Below, one piece after another: positions 30,339 through 40,326 of a DNA stretch of 64,000 nucleotides. Positions within the stretch are counted from its first letter, which is position 1. The number at the start of each line of letters is the position of its first letter. The position numbers and the translations under genes were made by a program. The DNA lies in assembly GCA_046538485.1 (NCBI GenBank), contig JBKHIT010000024.1:1-64000 (forward strand), read 5' to 3'. The stretch comes from Candidatus Brocadiia bacterium. GTDB taxonomy: Bacteria; Planctomycetota; Brocadiia; SM23-32. A model generated the notes under the pieces. It did no database searches. It was not told the origin of the DNA and was given only the letters and a program-made list of their open reading frames with translations.

Positions 30339-31426
30339 TGGATAAAACAAGCGACAAAGCGATTTATAGATCGGTGAGAACCGGGAGTAATCGGGGGCGC
30401 AAAGGGGCCGCTATGACTGAAACAGCGCTTCTTTGCTTTTTTATCTATGTTCCTGTCCTGTTGCTTGTGATCATTGCGGGCGATCTGACCCTCGATAAGG
30501 AAAAAGCCCACGTGGCTTCATCGTACATGGCTTTTCGCGTGGATGCTATCGATGATACGGATTTGAGACACGCGTTTTTTCCGCTCGCAACGGGGTCGGA
30601 CGAGGACGGTTTGTCCGTCCGCACGGTTGCGGTTGAGAGCGATGAAATAGACGAGACTGTGCCGTACACGCTTCCGGAATCCTCTTCCGGCGATTATTCC
30701 GGGGGACCGGCTGAACATCAGGACGATTTGCAGTATAAGCTTTATTCGCTTGCGGTCGGTGAAGTACATGCCACGCGGCAGCTTCAGGCTATGCCCGACG
30801 GGACAGTCCAGTTTATCGAACATCTTGAGCGTGAGGTGGACGATGCGGGGGAATATCTGGCCGAGAATGATATTGTGGAACTCGGCAATCTGCCGGAAGA
30901 TCTTGGGACGCACCCTGTCAATGAGTCTTACGAGCTGCAAACAACCGCGTCTTCCCGGGATTACACTCAATACGTTGCGACATTGACGGATCTGATGAAC
31001 GGTAACTGGAACGCAGGGGGAATCTCAGCGGGGGGGGAGATGGGTGAACTGGTGCCTCGTTTTACGTCCGCCGCGGGACTTCGGACGCATCTGGATTCGC
31101 CTTTCCGCTGGAATCTGCAGGAAACATTCGGGAGCGCTGACAACTACGAAGGGCAGAAAACAGAGTTTGTGATGCATTTTGGCGCGACCGATGAAGTCCC
31201 GGAAGACGACTCTTTTCATGGTGGTTACACGTACCTCCAGAATCCTGAAGCGGTCCCCGACGCGAGTGCTCTGAGAGCTGATTTCTACGAATTGTCTCCG
31301 GATATGTTCACCTGGCAGACCTCGGACGGCAGAAATATTGCTATTTTTGATATGGTAGATCCGTTAAGCAGCGAGCGCGGGCCGGAACATCAGAAATTTC
31401 TTATTCCCGGTGACCCCCGAGACTGA
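30338..31426 (+). CDS. TadE/TadF-like pseudopilin
   Basis: RKG|AAMTETALL plus hydrophobic helix; TGATG coupling to the upstream gene. Confidence 0.72.
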   Translation: MDKTSDKAIYRSVRTGSNRGRKGAAMTETALLCFFIYVPVLLLVIIAGDLTLDKEKAHVASSYMAFRVDAIDDTDLRHAFFPLATGSDEDGLSVRTVAVESDEIDETVPYTLPESSSGDYSGGPAEHQDDLQYKLYSLAVGEVHATRQLQAMPDGTVQFIEHLEREVDDAGEYLAENDIVELGNLPEDLGTHPVNESYELQTTASSRDYTQYVATLTDLMNGNWNAGGISAGGEMGELVPRFTSAAGLRTHLDSPFRWNLQETFGSADNYEGQKTEFVMHFGATDEVPEDDSFHGGYTYLQNPEAVPDASALRADFYELSPDMFTWQTSDGRNIAIFDMVDPLSSERGPEHQKFLIPGDPRD

Positions 31427-31570
31427 TATGAGCTGGAATAAGGGGAGGACAGAGGCGCCACAAAAGATGTTTGAAAAGTAGTTGGTGGGCCCGGCCGCCG
31501 AAAAGTCAGGTTGTGGGAAGGCCGGGTTTTGTTGTTTCCCAGAATCCGTTTTCTTCCGCGAGTGTGCGCA

Positions 31571-32065
31571 ATGTCGGATATGATCGCTAAAACCGTGCTA
31601 TCGGTCCTTGTGGTCGCTGGACTCCTGATATTAGGAGTGATGGTGGCTTTTGTGCGTCCTTTTCACGTGTTGGCCGGATTTCGGGGGCCTGACGAAATGT
31701 TTGTCGCTGGCAAAGATCAACAGATAAAAACAGAGGATAGCACGATTCCCATCCCCCCCGAGACAAAACTGACATTTAGAACCCGGGCGAAACGGGGCAA
31801 TCATTACCGGTATCTAAGCCATTTAAGTGTTGAGGGTTTGCAAAAATTCTACGTGGAGCAAATGCCGAAGTACGGATGGAAACAAGACCCCCGTTTCGAG
31901 CGGGCGAAGCGTCATGAAAACTTGCCTCAGGTCGTTTTGTCTTTTCAAGGCGGGGGAAAGCGATGTATAATTGGATTGGAGCGAAGTGGCCCGTTTGAGA
32001 CAGCGCTCAATGTGGTGATTGTCAGGGCTGGAACCGAGGTAAGTTTCTCAGAAAAAGCCCCTTAG
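31571..32065 (+). CDS. Membrane-anchored hypothetical protein in the Tad cluster
   Basis: N-terminal TM helix, FYVEQMPKYGWK-type motif; lies between the pseudopilins and cpaB. Confidence 0.65.
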   Translation: MSDMIAKTVLSVLVVAGLLILGVMVAFVRPFHVLAGFRGPDEMFVAGKDQQIKTEDSTIPIPPETKLTFRTRAKRGNHYRYLSHLSVEGLQKFYVEQMPKYGWKQDPRFERAKRHENLPQVVLSFQGGGKRCIIGLERSGPFETALNVVIVRAGTEVSFSEKAP

Positions 32066-32131
32066 GCGTGCTGCACGCCCACGATTTTTTTTGCTGGCCC
32101 ACAGAACAAGAGGCCGATAAAGGAGGAGACA

Positions 32132-32947
32132 ATGCGTATCGTTGCTCTGATTGTAGCTATCTTACTCGGTATCGCGGCGGCTGTCGGTATAAAGACCTAT
32201 TTGAATAAGCAGGAAAGAAGTTTTGAGAAAAAACATAAGCCCGAATCAGTGGCCATTGCGAAACATACGATTAAGACGGGTGAGTACCTGGAAGCTACCG
32301 ATATTATGTTCCGCGAGATCCCTGCGAAATCATTGAGTCCGGATCTAATAACCAGAAGCCAATTGAGCAGCTTTATCGGGCGCAAAGTGCAAAGGGAAAT
32401 TGGTGAAGATATGGAGATCAGACGATCTCATTTTGTGGAACGCGGGCTACCGACTGCTGCAGGTAGGCTGGGCCAGGGAAAACGCGCTCTGACTGTTGCG
32501 GTCGATGTTACCAGCGGGGTCGCCGGCCTCGTTCGGCCTGGCGACCGTGTTGATGTATATGCTACCAGCACAGCGGCTACGAGTGGGGCGGCCGGGGCCG
32601 CCAAAGAAACCTGGCTCGTGTTGAATAACGTGCATGTGTTGGCGACCGACACACGTCTTACGGATGTTCCTTTCGGTGGTGATAGGTATCGACAGTACAA
32701 AAAGGGCTACAGCACATTGACGCTTTCGGTTACACCGGAAGAAGCACAGCTCCTCACTTACCTGCAGGACAACGCTAAGCTCACTTTTACACTGCGTAGC
32801 TACGAAGAAGCCGTGCGAACCCGCGATGAATGGGCTGCTCCTCCACCTGTAACGTCCGCAGATGTGCGCAAACGGGCCGAGAAAGCCAACGTGCACCGCC
32901 ATCCGACGGAAATCCCCAAAAAAGAAAAGTCCGGTTCGTCCGAGTGA
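32132..32947 (+). CDS. cpaB: Flp pilus assembly protein CpaB/RcpC
   Basis: SAF-like N-terminus, GKRALTV...GVAGLVRPGDRVDV, TLSVTPEEAQ; AAGGAGG RBS. Confidence 0.92.
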   Translation: MRIVALIVAILLGIAAAVGIKTYLNKQERSFEKKHKPESVAIAKHTIKTGEYLEATDIMFREIPAKSLSPDLITRSQLSSFIGRKVQREIGEDMEIRRSHFVERGLPTAAGRLGQGKRALTVAVDVTSGVAGLVRPGDRVDVYATSTAATSGAAGAAKETWLVLNNVHVLATDTRLTDVPFGGDRYRQYKKGYSTLTLSVTPEEAQLLTYLQDNAKLTFTLRSYEEAVRTRDEWAAPPPVTSADVRKRAEKANVHRHPTEIPKKEKSGSSE

Positions 32948-32995
32948 CGAAACCGCGGGAAGCTTATACGTTATTGCCCTCGCGCGTGCAAAATT

Positions 32996-34696
32996 ATGGC
33001 AAAACTTTCTATTACAGAGAATGGCAACGGTAAAACGATGCCAATCAAAGGCGATCGTTTCGTTATCGGCAAGCGCGACTCCTGCGACCTGGTCATTGAT
33101 GACGAACTTGTCTCGCGGGAACACTGTGAAATAATCCCTCATTCAAAGGGGAAATACTTCCTTCGCGACCGCGACAGTCGGAACGGCACCTTTGTGGACG
33201 GGCAGCGTGTGGGTTCCGACGTGTTGTTAAGGGATGGGATGAAGATACGCGTGGGCAATGTCGAAATAGAATTTTTGGGAGATCGTGTTAAAGGTGGACG
33301 GACAGAAGCCCCCGAAGGGCAGCGGTCGAAATCGGAGAGCACCGGGAAGAAGGCTGAAGGAGCTCGAAGACGTGCATGGCAGCAAGCGCGACCAACCCCG
33401 GTCGATCTGAAGCGGACGATTCATAACGAGTTGCTCAAACGTCTGGATCTGAAACACGAAGACTTCGATGATCAGAGCAGTGAGCAAATTCGTGGGAAAA
33501 CTGTGGCGGTGGCGCAGCAAATCGTCAGCGAAGTTTCCGACCAAATACCGGCCTACCTCACAAAAGATAAGGTTGTTAAAGAAATTGTCGACGAGGCTTT
33601 GGGACTCGGTCCGCTGGAAGATCTTCTCGCCGATCCTGAGGTCGATGAAATTATGGTCAACGGTTGGGATCGTGTGTATGTGGAGCGACACGGAAAAATA
33701 GAGAAGACAAACCTGCGTTTCACGGATAACGTTCAGGTGGTCAATATCATCCGGCGAATCGTCGCTCCGATCGGTCGGCGTATCGATGAATCGACCCCGA
33801 TGGTTGATGCCCGATTGCCGGATGGTTCGAGGGTTAACGCGATTATTACGCCGCTTGCTCTCACGGGGCCAACGCTCACCATCCGGAAATTTGCTGAAGA
33901 ACCGTTTGGTATTAATGACCTGATTTCTTTTGGTACCCTGACGAGGCAGATGTCGAAATTCATTGCCATGAGCGTGCAAAACCGCCAGAATATTCTCATC
34001 AGCGGGGGAACTGGGTCCGGTAAGACGACGTTGCTCAATGTCGTATCCTGCAATATTCCCGGGCGAGAGCGTATTGTGACGATTGAGGATGCCGCTGAGC
34101 TGAATCTGCCACAGGAACACGTGGTGAGTCTCGAGGCGAAACCGCCGAATATACGAGGGAAAGGGGCGATTCCGATTCGGAAATTGGTGATCAATAGCCT
34201 GCGTATGCGGCCTGACAGGATTATCGTTGGTGAGTGTCGTGGGGGAGAGGCGCTGGATATGCTTCAGGCGATGAATACGGGACACGATGGTTCGCTTACG
34301 ACTCTCCACGCCAATTCTCCCCGTGATTCAATGTCACGGCTTGAGACGATGGTGCTTATGGCGGGAATGGAACTGCCCTCGAAGGCGATTCGAGATCAAA
34401 TTACATCAGCCATAAATCTCGTCATCCATACGGCGCGTCTGAGCGATGGTAGTCGGAAAGTAATGGAAATTCAAGAAGTTACCGGTATTGAAAGTGATAC
34501 GATTACGATGCAGTCTATTTATGCCTTTCGGCAACGCGGATATGATGAGGAAGGGAAGGTAAGAGGTTTTTTTACAGCGACCGGCAACGTCCCGGAATTC
34601 GTACAGGAGCTGCGAGAACGCCATATCGACGTCGATATGACCCTTTTTGAGCCTTCGGAAGAGGAAAACGAAGAAAGGGCGGAGAAGCGCAGGTAA
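32996..34696 (+). CDS. cpaF: Flp pilus ATPase CpaF/TadA with N-terminal FHA domain
   Basis: FHA motifs (VSREH, DSRNGT); GLGPLE, GGTGSGKTT, LRMRPDRIIVGE, AMNTGHDG. Confidence 0.95.
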   Translation: MAKLSITENGNGKTMPIKGDRFVIGKRDSCDLVIDDELVSREHCEIIPHSKGKYFLRDRDSRNGTFVDGQRVGSDVLLRDGMKIRVGNVEIEFLGDRVKGGRTEAPEGQRSKSESTGKKAEGARRRAWQQARPTPVDLKRTIHNELLKRLDLKHEDFDDQSSEQIRGKTVAVAQQIVSEVSDQIPAYLTKDKVVKEIVDEALGLGPLEDLLADPEVDEIMVNGWDRVYVERHGKIEKTNLRFTDNVQVVNIIRRIVAPIGRRIDESTPMVDARLPDGSRVNAIITPLALTGPTLTIRKFAEEPFGINDLISFGTLTRQMSKFIAMSVQNRQNILISGGTGSGKTTLLNVVSCNIPGRERIVTIEDAAELNLPQEHVVSLEAKPPNIRGKGAIPIRKLVINSLRMRPDRIIVGECRGGEALDMLQAMNTGHDGSLTTLHANSPRDSMSRLETMVLMAGMELPSKAIRDQITSAINLVIHTARLSDGSRKVMEIQEVTGIESDTITMQSIYAFRQRGYDEEGKVRGFFTATGNVPEFVQELRERHIDVDMTLFEPSEEENEERAEKRR

Positions 34697-34721
34697 ACTG
34701 TAAGTCTCTAAGGAGTTTAGA

Positions 34722-35618
34722 TTGCAGACGGTCTTGCCAGGTATTGTCTTCGCCGCTTTTCTGGGCGACCCCCAGGTCTGGGTGATAATTCTGTGTGTTT
34801 TTGCTGCGGTAGCCCTTTTAGCTTATAGCGGCCTGAGCCTTTTTGGGTCCGGGTGGCAGACCTACGAACAGAGGTACCTTGAAGATGCTGAGCGAAGCCT
34901 TGATGCTATCTATCTGACGATTCCTCCGCAGCACGTAGTGTACCTGTCTTTGGCCTGTTTTGTCGTTGTATCCCTTTTGTGGATATGGCTTTTTGGCAAA
35001 CTCCTCGTAGGGATTTTGTTTGGTCTTATGGGTTTGGCAATACCCAAGATAATATTGTGGTGGTTGAAAAAACGTCGTAATAAAAAGTTCGACCATCAGC
35101 TGGTGGAAGCTTTGACAAACCTCGGGAATTCGCTGAAGGCCGGTTTCAGTTTAAATCAGGCCATGAATTTGCTGGCCCAGGAGATGGACAATCCTATGGG
35201 GCAGGAGATTCGCCTTGTTGTTCGAGAAATGCAGGTGGGGGCGGACCTTTCTGAGGCTCTCGGACATCTCCATGATCGCATGCCCAGCCGAGATCTTGAC
35301 CTTATTATCACTTCAATCCTGATAAGCAGAGAGGTGGGAGGCGATCTTACGGAAATCTTTGACAACATTGCCCATACCGTTCGCGAACGACATCGGATTG
35401 AAGGGAAGATTAAGGCTATGAGTGCACAGGGAAAGCTGCAGGGTTTAATTATCCTGTGTATTCCACCGGGCATGGCCATCGCTCTGAACTATATTGCACC
35501 GGACATGATAAAACCTCTCTTTACCGAACCTGTGGGTTGGCTTCTTATGGGTGTGGTTGTGTTGTTGATGGCGATGGGGATCTATACCATACGACGAATT
35601 GTTGCTATTGAGGTGTGA
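34722..35618 (+). CDS. tadB: Flp pilus platform protein TadB
   Basis: T2SSF-like motifs SLKAGFS, EVGGDLTE, SAQGKLQ. Confidence 0.9.
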   Translation: MQTVLPGIVFAAFLGDPQVWVIILCVFAAVALLAYSGLSLFGSGWQTYEQRYLEDAERSLDAIYLTIPPQHVVYLSLACFVVVSLLWIWLFGKLLVGILFGLMGLAIPKIILWWLKKRRNKKFDHQLVEALTNLGNSLKAGFSLNQAMNLLAQEMDNPMGQEIRLVVREMQVGADLSEALGHLHDRMPSRDLDLIITSILISREVGGDLTEIFDNIAHTVRERHRIEGKIKAMSAQGKLQGLIILCIPPGMAIALNYIAPDMIKPLFTEPVGWLLMGVVVLLMAMGIYTIRRIVAIEV

Positions 35619-36571
35619 GTGGTATGACAGGAGAATATCAGGAGCTTATCTATGCGGTCGCCGTTGGACTCAGCGTGTGCGGAATAATGTTCTATCTGGG
35701 GGCTATGTACGCTGATTACCGGATGCAGGAACGGGCGGAAGTTGAGGAAAGACGTGTTATAGAACAACGCGGAGCGAGCCTGCTGAAGTTTTTGAAACCT
35801 CTTGTAGCATTTTTTGGGCACCTGGTTAGTTCGGCTATACAACGCTTGCAAAGCAGTTTCGGTGATGACGGTATGGTAGGTTATCTGATCCGTTTGCGTA
35901 TCAGAATTCAGAGAGCCGTAACCGCAGCCGGGAGTCCGGGCGGGTTGTCCGGTGACCAGATGCTGGGTCTGGTTTGTCTCAGCGCAATCTGGTGGACGGG
36001 TCTGGGGTTTGTTATCTGGTTTTTGCTCGGGATCAGTTTGCCGATATTTATTGGCCTTGTTGTCGGTTTTGTCCATCCATTCCTCTGGCTGAAGGGCCGG
36101 CTGACTGAGCGGCGCAATGAAATACGCCGTCTGATGCCATACGCTCTCGATCTGTTGACATTAAGTGTTGAGGCCGGGCTCGATTTTACCTCTGCGCTGG
36201 CACGATTGGTCCCGAAACTCAAGGGCTCAGCGCTGGTTGAAGAATTCGAAGAAGTACTGCGCCAGATCCGCCTGGGGCGTTCACGCGCGGATGCGCTTCG
36301 TGATCTGGCCGACCGGGTAAGCATGCCCGAGATGACCGCGTTCTGCGGTTCAATGGTTCAAGCCGATGAGCTGGGAGCGGATCTGGGACCGGTCTTGCGA
36401 ATACAGTCAGACCAGATGCGACAACAGCGGTCAAATCTGGCAGAGAAAAAAGCGATGGAAGCTCCCGTCAAAATTTTGTTCCCCCTCATTGCGTTTATTT
36501 TCCCCACCGTTTTCATCATTCTGTTTTCGCCGATGGGTATCCGATACCTGAAGCGAATTTTTGGATCGTGA
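35615..36571 (+). CDS. tadC: Flp pilus platform protein TadC
   Basis: PYALDLL...EAGLDF, AEKKAMEAPVKILFPL. Confidence 0.92.
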   Translation: MSGMTGEYQELIYAVAVGLSVCGIMFYLGAMYADYRMQERAEVEERRVIEQRGASLLKFLKPLVAFFGHLVSSAIQRLQSSFGDDGMVGYLIRLRIRIQRAVTAAGSPGGLSGDQMLGLVCLSAIWWTGLGFVIWFLLGISLPIFIGLVVGFVHPFLWLKGRLTERRNEIRRLMPYALDLLTLSVEAGLDFTSALARLVPKLKGSALVEEFEEVLRQIRLGRSRADALRDLADRVSMPEMTAFCGSMVQADELGADLGPVLRIQSDQMRQQRSNLAEKKAMEAPVKILFPLIAFIFPTVFIILFSPMGIRYLKRIFGS

Positions 36572-36975
36572 AACGGTGGCAAGTTTCAGATAAAATTGTG
36601 TCGGATAGTATGAAAGAATTAAAAATGGTAGAACGTAATACGGGCCGGGTTCTGCTTGGAAATGTAAAAGCAGCTATCGGTCCGGTTGAGCGATTCACTG
36701 GTTTGATGGGAAGAAAATCGCTCAAAGCTGAAACGGGAATGTATTTCCCGCATTGTAGTAGCATTCACATGTTTTTTATGCGTTTTGCCATTGATGCTGT
36801 GTATTTTGATCGTGAGTATCGGATCAAAAAAATAGTGAGTTACCTCAAACCCTGGCGTCTCTCCTGGTGCCCGGGCGGAGATTCTGTGCTCGAAGTGCCC
36901 GCCGGTTGGTGTGAGGAGATTGGACTTGAAGTAGGTACCAGAGTGGAATTCCAGGAAAAAAAGAAATCAGACTGA
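36568..36975 (+). CDS. DUF192 family protein
   Basis: RFTGLMGR, SIHMFFMRFAIDAVYFD, VLEVPAG. The start may be 36610 or 36625. Confidence 0.85.
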   Translation: MKRWQVSDKIVSDSMKELKMVERNTGRVLLGNVKAAIGPVERFTGLMGRKSLKAETGMYFPHCSSIHMFFMRFAIDAVYFDREYRIKKIVSYLKPWRLSWCPGGDSVLEVPAGWCEEIGLEVGTRVEFQEKKKSD

Positions 36976-38246
36976 TGCGATTAAGATTCAGAGTCCTGAA
37001 CACGTCTTTGAAAGGTCTCGAATTTGAGACCGATAACGATACTGTAAGAATCGGGCGTGCAGCCTCCAATGACCTGGTTCTCCGGGAACAGTCAGTCTCG
37101 CGCCGACATGCCACGATCGAAGCATCCGATGGGGAACTGACGGTACGGGACGAAGGGAGCCGGAACAATACGAAAGTTGACGGGGAAGAAATCGACGTGG
37201 AAACGCCGATTTCCGAAAACAGTGTCTTGGCGTTTGGTGACGTAATAGTTCAGGTTTCGTTGCCCGACCAGAGAGTTGTGGATGAAGAAGAGAGCGAGAT
37301 TACTCCCGAAGCAGCAGCTCTGGCTGAAGTAGAGAATGAGGCGCTCGAATCGCCCGCAGAAGAAAAATTTGCTGAAGCTGCAGAACAGTCGGCGCTGACG
37401 ACCCCCGAGGGGAAGGGTATTGAGAAAGCCGAGAAAAGCCCCCCGGCAATCGGCAGCGCGGAAGAAGCGATCGAGCGAAAATTCTGGCCAGTGCTGACAC
37501 TTTTGTGCGGAATAGCAATTGCTGGTCTGCTGATTCTTTATTTCCTCAATTCCAGCGGGGAGCTCGATAAAGCGAAGGGGACAATGGCGATCGCTTTGCG
37601 AGTGGGAAAGAGCAAAGTTGTTAAGGTGCCGACGGGATTTGTGGATAAATGGACCGTTCAGCCCCCGGAGCGTGTGAAAGTGGAGCGACCGTGGAAAAAC
37701 CTCAATTACTTGCTCCAGCTCACAGGAGGATCCCGCGGCATTACCATCATTAAACTCTATAACAAGCAGGGCGATCACGTCGTAATCTACGCTAACGTTC
37801 TACCTCGAAAACGTGAGGAGGTCGGAGAAGGTAGTACCGAAGTCTCACGGTCAAAAACAGAGCGATTGGTGGAAGCACGAAACTGTATCCGGCGTGCAGA
37901 GCTTTTCCGAGAGCAGGACGATATTTACATTGCTAAGAAGGAATACGAGAAGGCTATCAAAATCCTCGAATCGCTTGAACGTGATGCCCCTTCGGAGTTG
38001 AGCCTGGCTATCGAATGGCAAGACGAGCTCGAAGCTCAAATAGAGCGAAGATATGACCAGCTGACCTTTGACGTTTCCAATTTATTGAAAGTGGGTGAAC
38101 GTCGTCGAGCCCTTGAAAAACTGGCACAAATAAAAGCCTTGATTCCAGATGAATCGGACGTTCGATGGCAAAATGCCGATCTGCTCTATCGTATGGTCGA
38201 GCGGATCCTGCGAAAAAAAGAAGAACAAACTCGGAGAGGATTGTGA
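36975..38246 (+). CDS. FHA - acidic linker - TM - pilus-N-like Ig domain - helical protein
   Basis: IGRAASND...VSRRH...SRNNT FHA motifs, a single TM, a beta-rich domain, then TPR-like helices. Confidence 0.8.
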   Translation: MRLRFRVLNTSLKGLEFETDNDTVRIGRAASNDLVLREQSVSRRHATIEASDGELTVRDEGSRNNTKVDGEEIDVETPISENSVLAFGDVIVQVSLPDQRVVDEEESEITPEAAALAEVENEALESPAEEKFAEAAEQSALTTPEGKGIEKAEKSPPAIGSAEEAIERKFWPVLTLLCGIAIAGLLILYFLNSSGELDKAKGTMAIALRVGKSKVVKVPTGFVDKWTVQPPERVKVERPWKNLNYLLQLTGGSRGITIIKLYNKQGDHVVIYANVLPRKREEVGEGSTEVSRSKTERLVEARNCIRRAELFREQDDIYIAKKEYEKAIKILESLERDAPSELSLAIEWQDELEAQIERRYDQLTFDVSNLLKVGERRRALEKLAQIKALIPDESDVRWQNADLLYRMVERILRKKEEQTRRGL

Positions 38247-40192
38247 AGTTCATCGTCCAAGAAGGTGATACGGAGTACGAATTCTTGCTCTCGCCCGGTC
38301 TCTACATCGTAGGCCGGGATCCGACCTGTGATCTAACCCTCGATTCCCAACGAGTATCAAGGCGTCATATGAGTTGTACGGTGACCGAAGATCACGTGAC
38401 CGTGAAAGATCTGGGAAGTCGTAACAGTATCCGAATCGGAGGCGTAAAAGTTGATGAGGCCACGTTGCGCGACGGAGACGAACTTCATGTGGCCGACGTT
38501 CGTTTGAAGTTCAAAGGAGATGCGGGAGGAGCTTCGGCAATTCCGGCTAATAAGAAAGATGAGCCTGTCGAAGCACACGAGGCCGTTCTGGAAAATGATG
38601 AAGAAACTCCACCCGAAGGCGCTCTTGTGCCCGAAGAAGAAGGCGGGAAAAAGCCCGAAGTTACCCAGAAAGATGGACGATGGTTCGTTACCGATCCGAA
38701 TACAGGGAGAGAGGTTGAAATTGTTCCGGCCGGAGAGGAAAAAACCGGCAAGAAATCTAAAAGTCTCCTGAGCACGACCAAAGGCAAAATAATTATCGGA
38801 GGATTGGCGGTGGTTGTGATCGGGCTCTTTGTGGCCGTGGGACTAACCAGCGGCCCCCCGGAGAATAGCGGGTTGTCGCTTAATCGCCAACAATTCAACC
38901 GAGAGATCGCATTTGCCCTTAAGGCCCTGCGCAACGGGGATTCGAAGAAAGCCAGTCACCACGCTTCGCGAATACTGAAAACCCGCCCCAACAGTGAGGT
39001 GGGAGAGGTGCTGGGAGCCCTTGCGGAAAACTGGGGTCCATATCAGGAAAATTTCTTCGAGCAATGGATGGATATGAAAGAATTGCTTGAAGATTTGAAA
39101 ATGAGTCACAGTAACCGTGAAGTGAGCAATTTTGTGACCGACTATCAATCCGAAATTGCGCGTGTTCTGGCAGACGATAAAAAGGCCAAAGAAGCCGAAA
39201 AGAATTACGAAGAAGGAGATTTTGAGTCCGCCTGGCAAAAACTTGTGGAGGTCCCGGAAAACAGTCCCGTCCGGGAAAAATATGCCGAACTTTTCCGGAA
39301 AGTTCATGAAGATTTCCTTACGAGAATTCAACGTCGGATTGACGCAGCAGTCGGCCGAGAAAACTGGAAAACAGCCCTGAAATGGTCGGAAAAACTGGGG
39401 AAATACTATCCAGATAAAAAACAGGAAGCTGAAGAGAAAAAAGAGGAGTTCGATCAATATATCTTACATGCCGAGCTTATCGAGAAAGCCGTGAACGCAA
39501 TCGAGGAGGGGAATTACAAAGAAGCTGTCCAGGCGCTTCGCCAGGTGCCGCAGGAAAGCGCTTGCTACCAGAGAGCTCAACGACTTCTTGCAAGTGCCGA
39601 ACAAGGAAATGAGCTCAAGATAGCAGATGACTTTTACGATGGTGGGAACGCCAGGAAAGCGTTGGAAGTTCTCCAAAAGCTTGAGAGCCCCCTTGCAAGA
39701 GCGAGGGCGCGGGATATCGAGACGGCTTTCGAAACGTATCAAGCTGCTGAAAAAGCGGAAGCCGAAAAAGATCTTGTGACAGCCGAACAAAAGTGGAATG
39801 AACTACAAAATCAGGTCGACGACAGAGATAATTATTACTGCAGGCAGGCCGATAATGCGCTGGACAGTATTGATGTGAGACGAGCTAAACGCGCTGAGGA
39901 AATGCTTGCTCAGGGACGTGCTGCTCTGCAAAAAGATGAGTTCGAAAGGTCGCGCGATCTCTTTGAGAAGGCGAGACGAATGGACCCCAATGAGGAACTC
40001 GGTATCGAAGCGCTTAAAAGGCTCCAAAAACAAGGACGCAAAGTGTACAATCTGGCTATGAACGAGATAGACGAAAATCCGAAAGGGGCGATGCAAAAAC
40101 TGGAACAAGCAATGCGTATGTTGGCCCATGACGATCCTTTTTATCGATTGGCTCAGGACGCAAAAGAGGAACTGGAAGGGCAATTTAAATGA
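38243..40192 (+). CDS. FHA - acidic linker - TM - TPR-like protein
   Basis: GTG 38243 overlaps the upstream stop (GTGA); VGRDPTCD...VSRRH...SRNS; TM IIIGGLAVVVIGLFV; helical repeats. Confidence 0.8.
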   Translation: MKFIVQEGDTEYEFLLSPGLYIVGRDPTCDLTLDSQRVSRRHMSCTVTEDHVTVKDLGSRNSIRIGGVKVDEATLRDGDELHVADVRLKFKGDAGGASAIPANKKDEPVEAHEAVLENDEETPPEGALVPEEEGGKKPEVTQKDGRWFVTDPNTGREVEIVPAGEEKTGKKSKSLLSTTKGKIIIGGLAVVVIGLFVAVGLTSGPPENSGLSLNRQQFNREIAFALKALRNGDSKKASHHASRILKTRPNSEVGEVLGALAENWGPYQENFFEQWMDMKELLEDLKMSHSNREVSNFVTDYQSEIARVLADDKKAKEAEKNYEEGDFESAWQKLVEVPENSPVREKYAELFRKVHEDFLTRIQRRIDAAVGRENWKTALKWSEKLGKYYPDKKQEAEEKKEEFDQYILHAELIEKAVNAIEEGNYKEAVQALRQVPQESACYQRAQRLLASAEQGNELKIADDFYDGGNARKALEVLQKLESPLARARARDIETAFETYQAAEKAEAEKDLVTAEQKWNELQNQVDDRDNYYCRQADNALDSIDVRRAKRAEEMLAQGRAALQKDEFERSRDLFEKARRMDPNEELGIEALKRLQKQGRKVYNLAMNEIDENPKGAMQKLEQAMRMLAHDDPFYRLAQDAKEELEGQFK

Positions 40193-40326
40193 GTTCCGGC
40201 GAAACAGGCAAATCCGCCGAATAACCAAGTCGACTTTTTTGTAACGGATAATGAGTCCGGCGCAATGGTTGCCCGAAAACCATTTTGTTTTGAAGAAAAT
40301 ATTGTTCTTCTGAGAGGAGACTGCTG

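Noticed and set aside
32065..32092. Intrinsic terminator before cpaB (GGCGTG-CTG-CACGCC ... T8)
   Set aside because: The stem is short and the T-run is offset by 5 nt within an apparent operon, so it is too weak to call.
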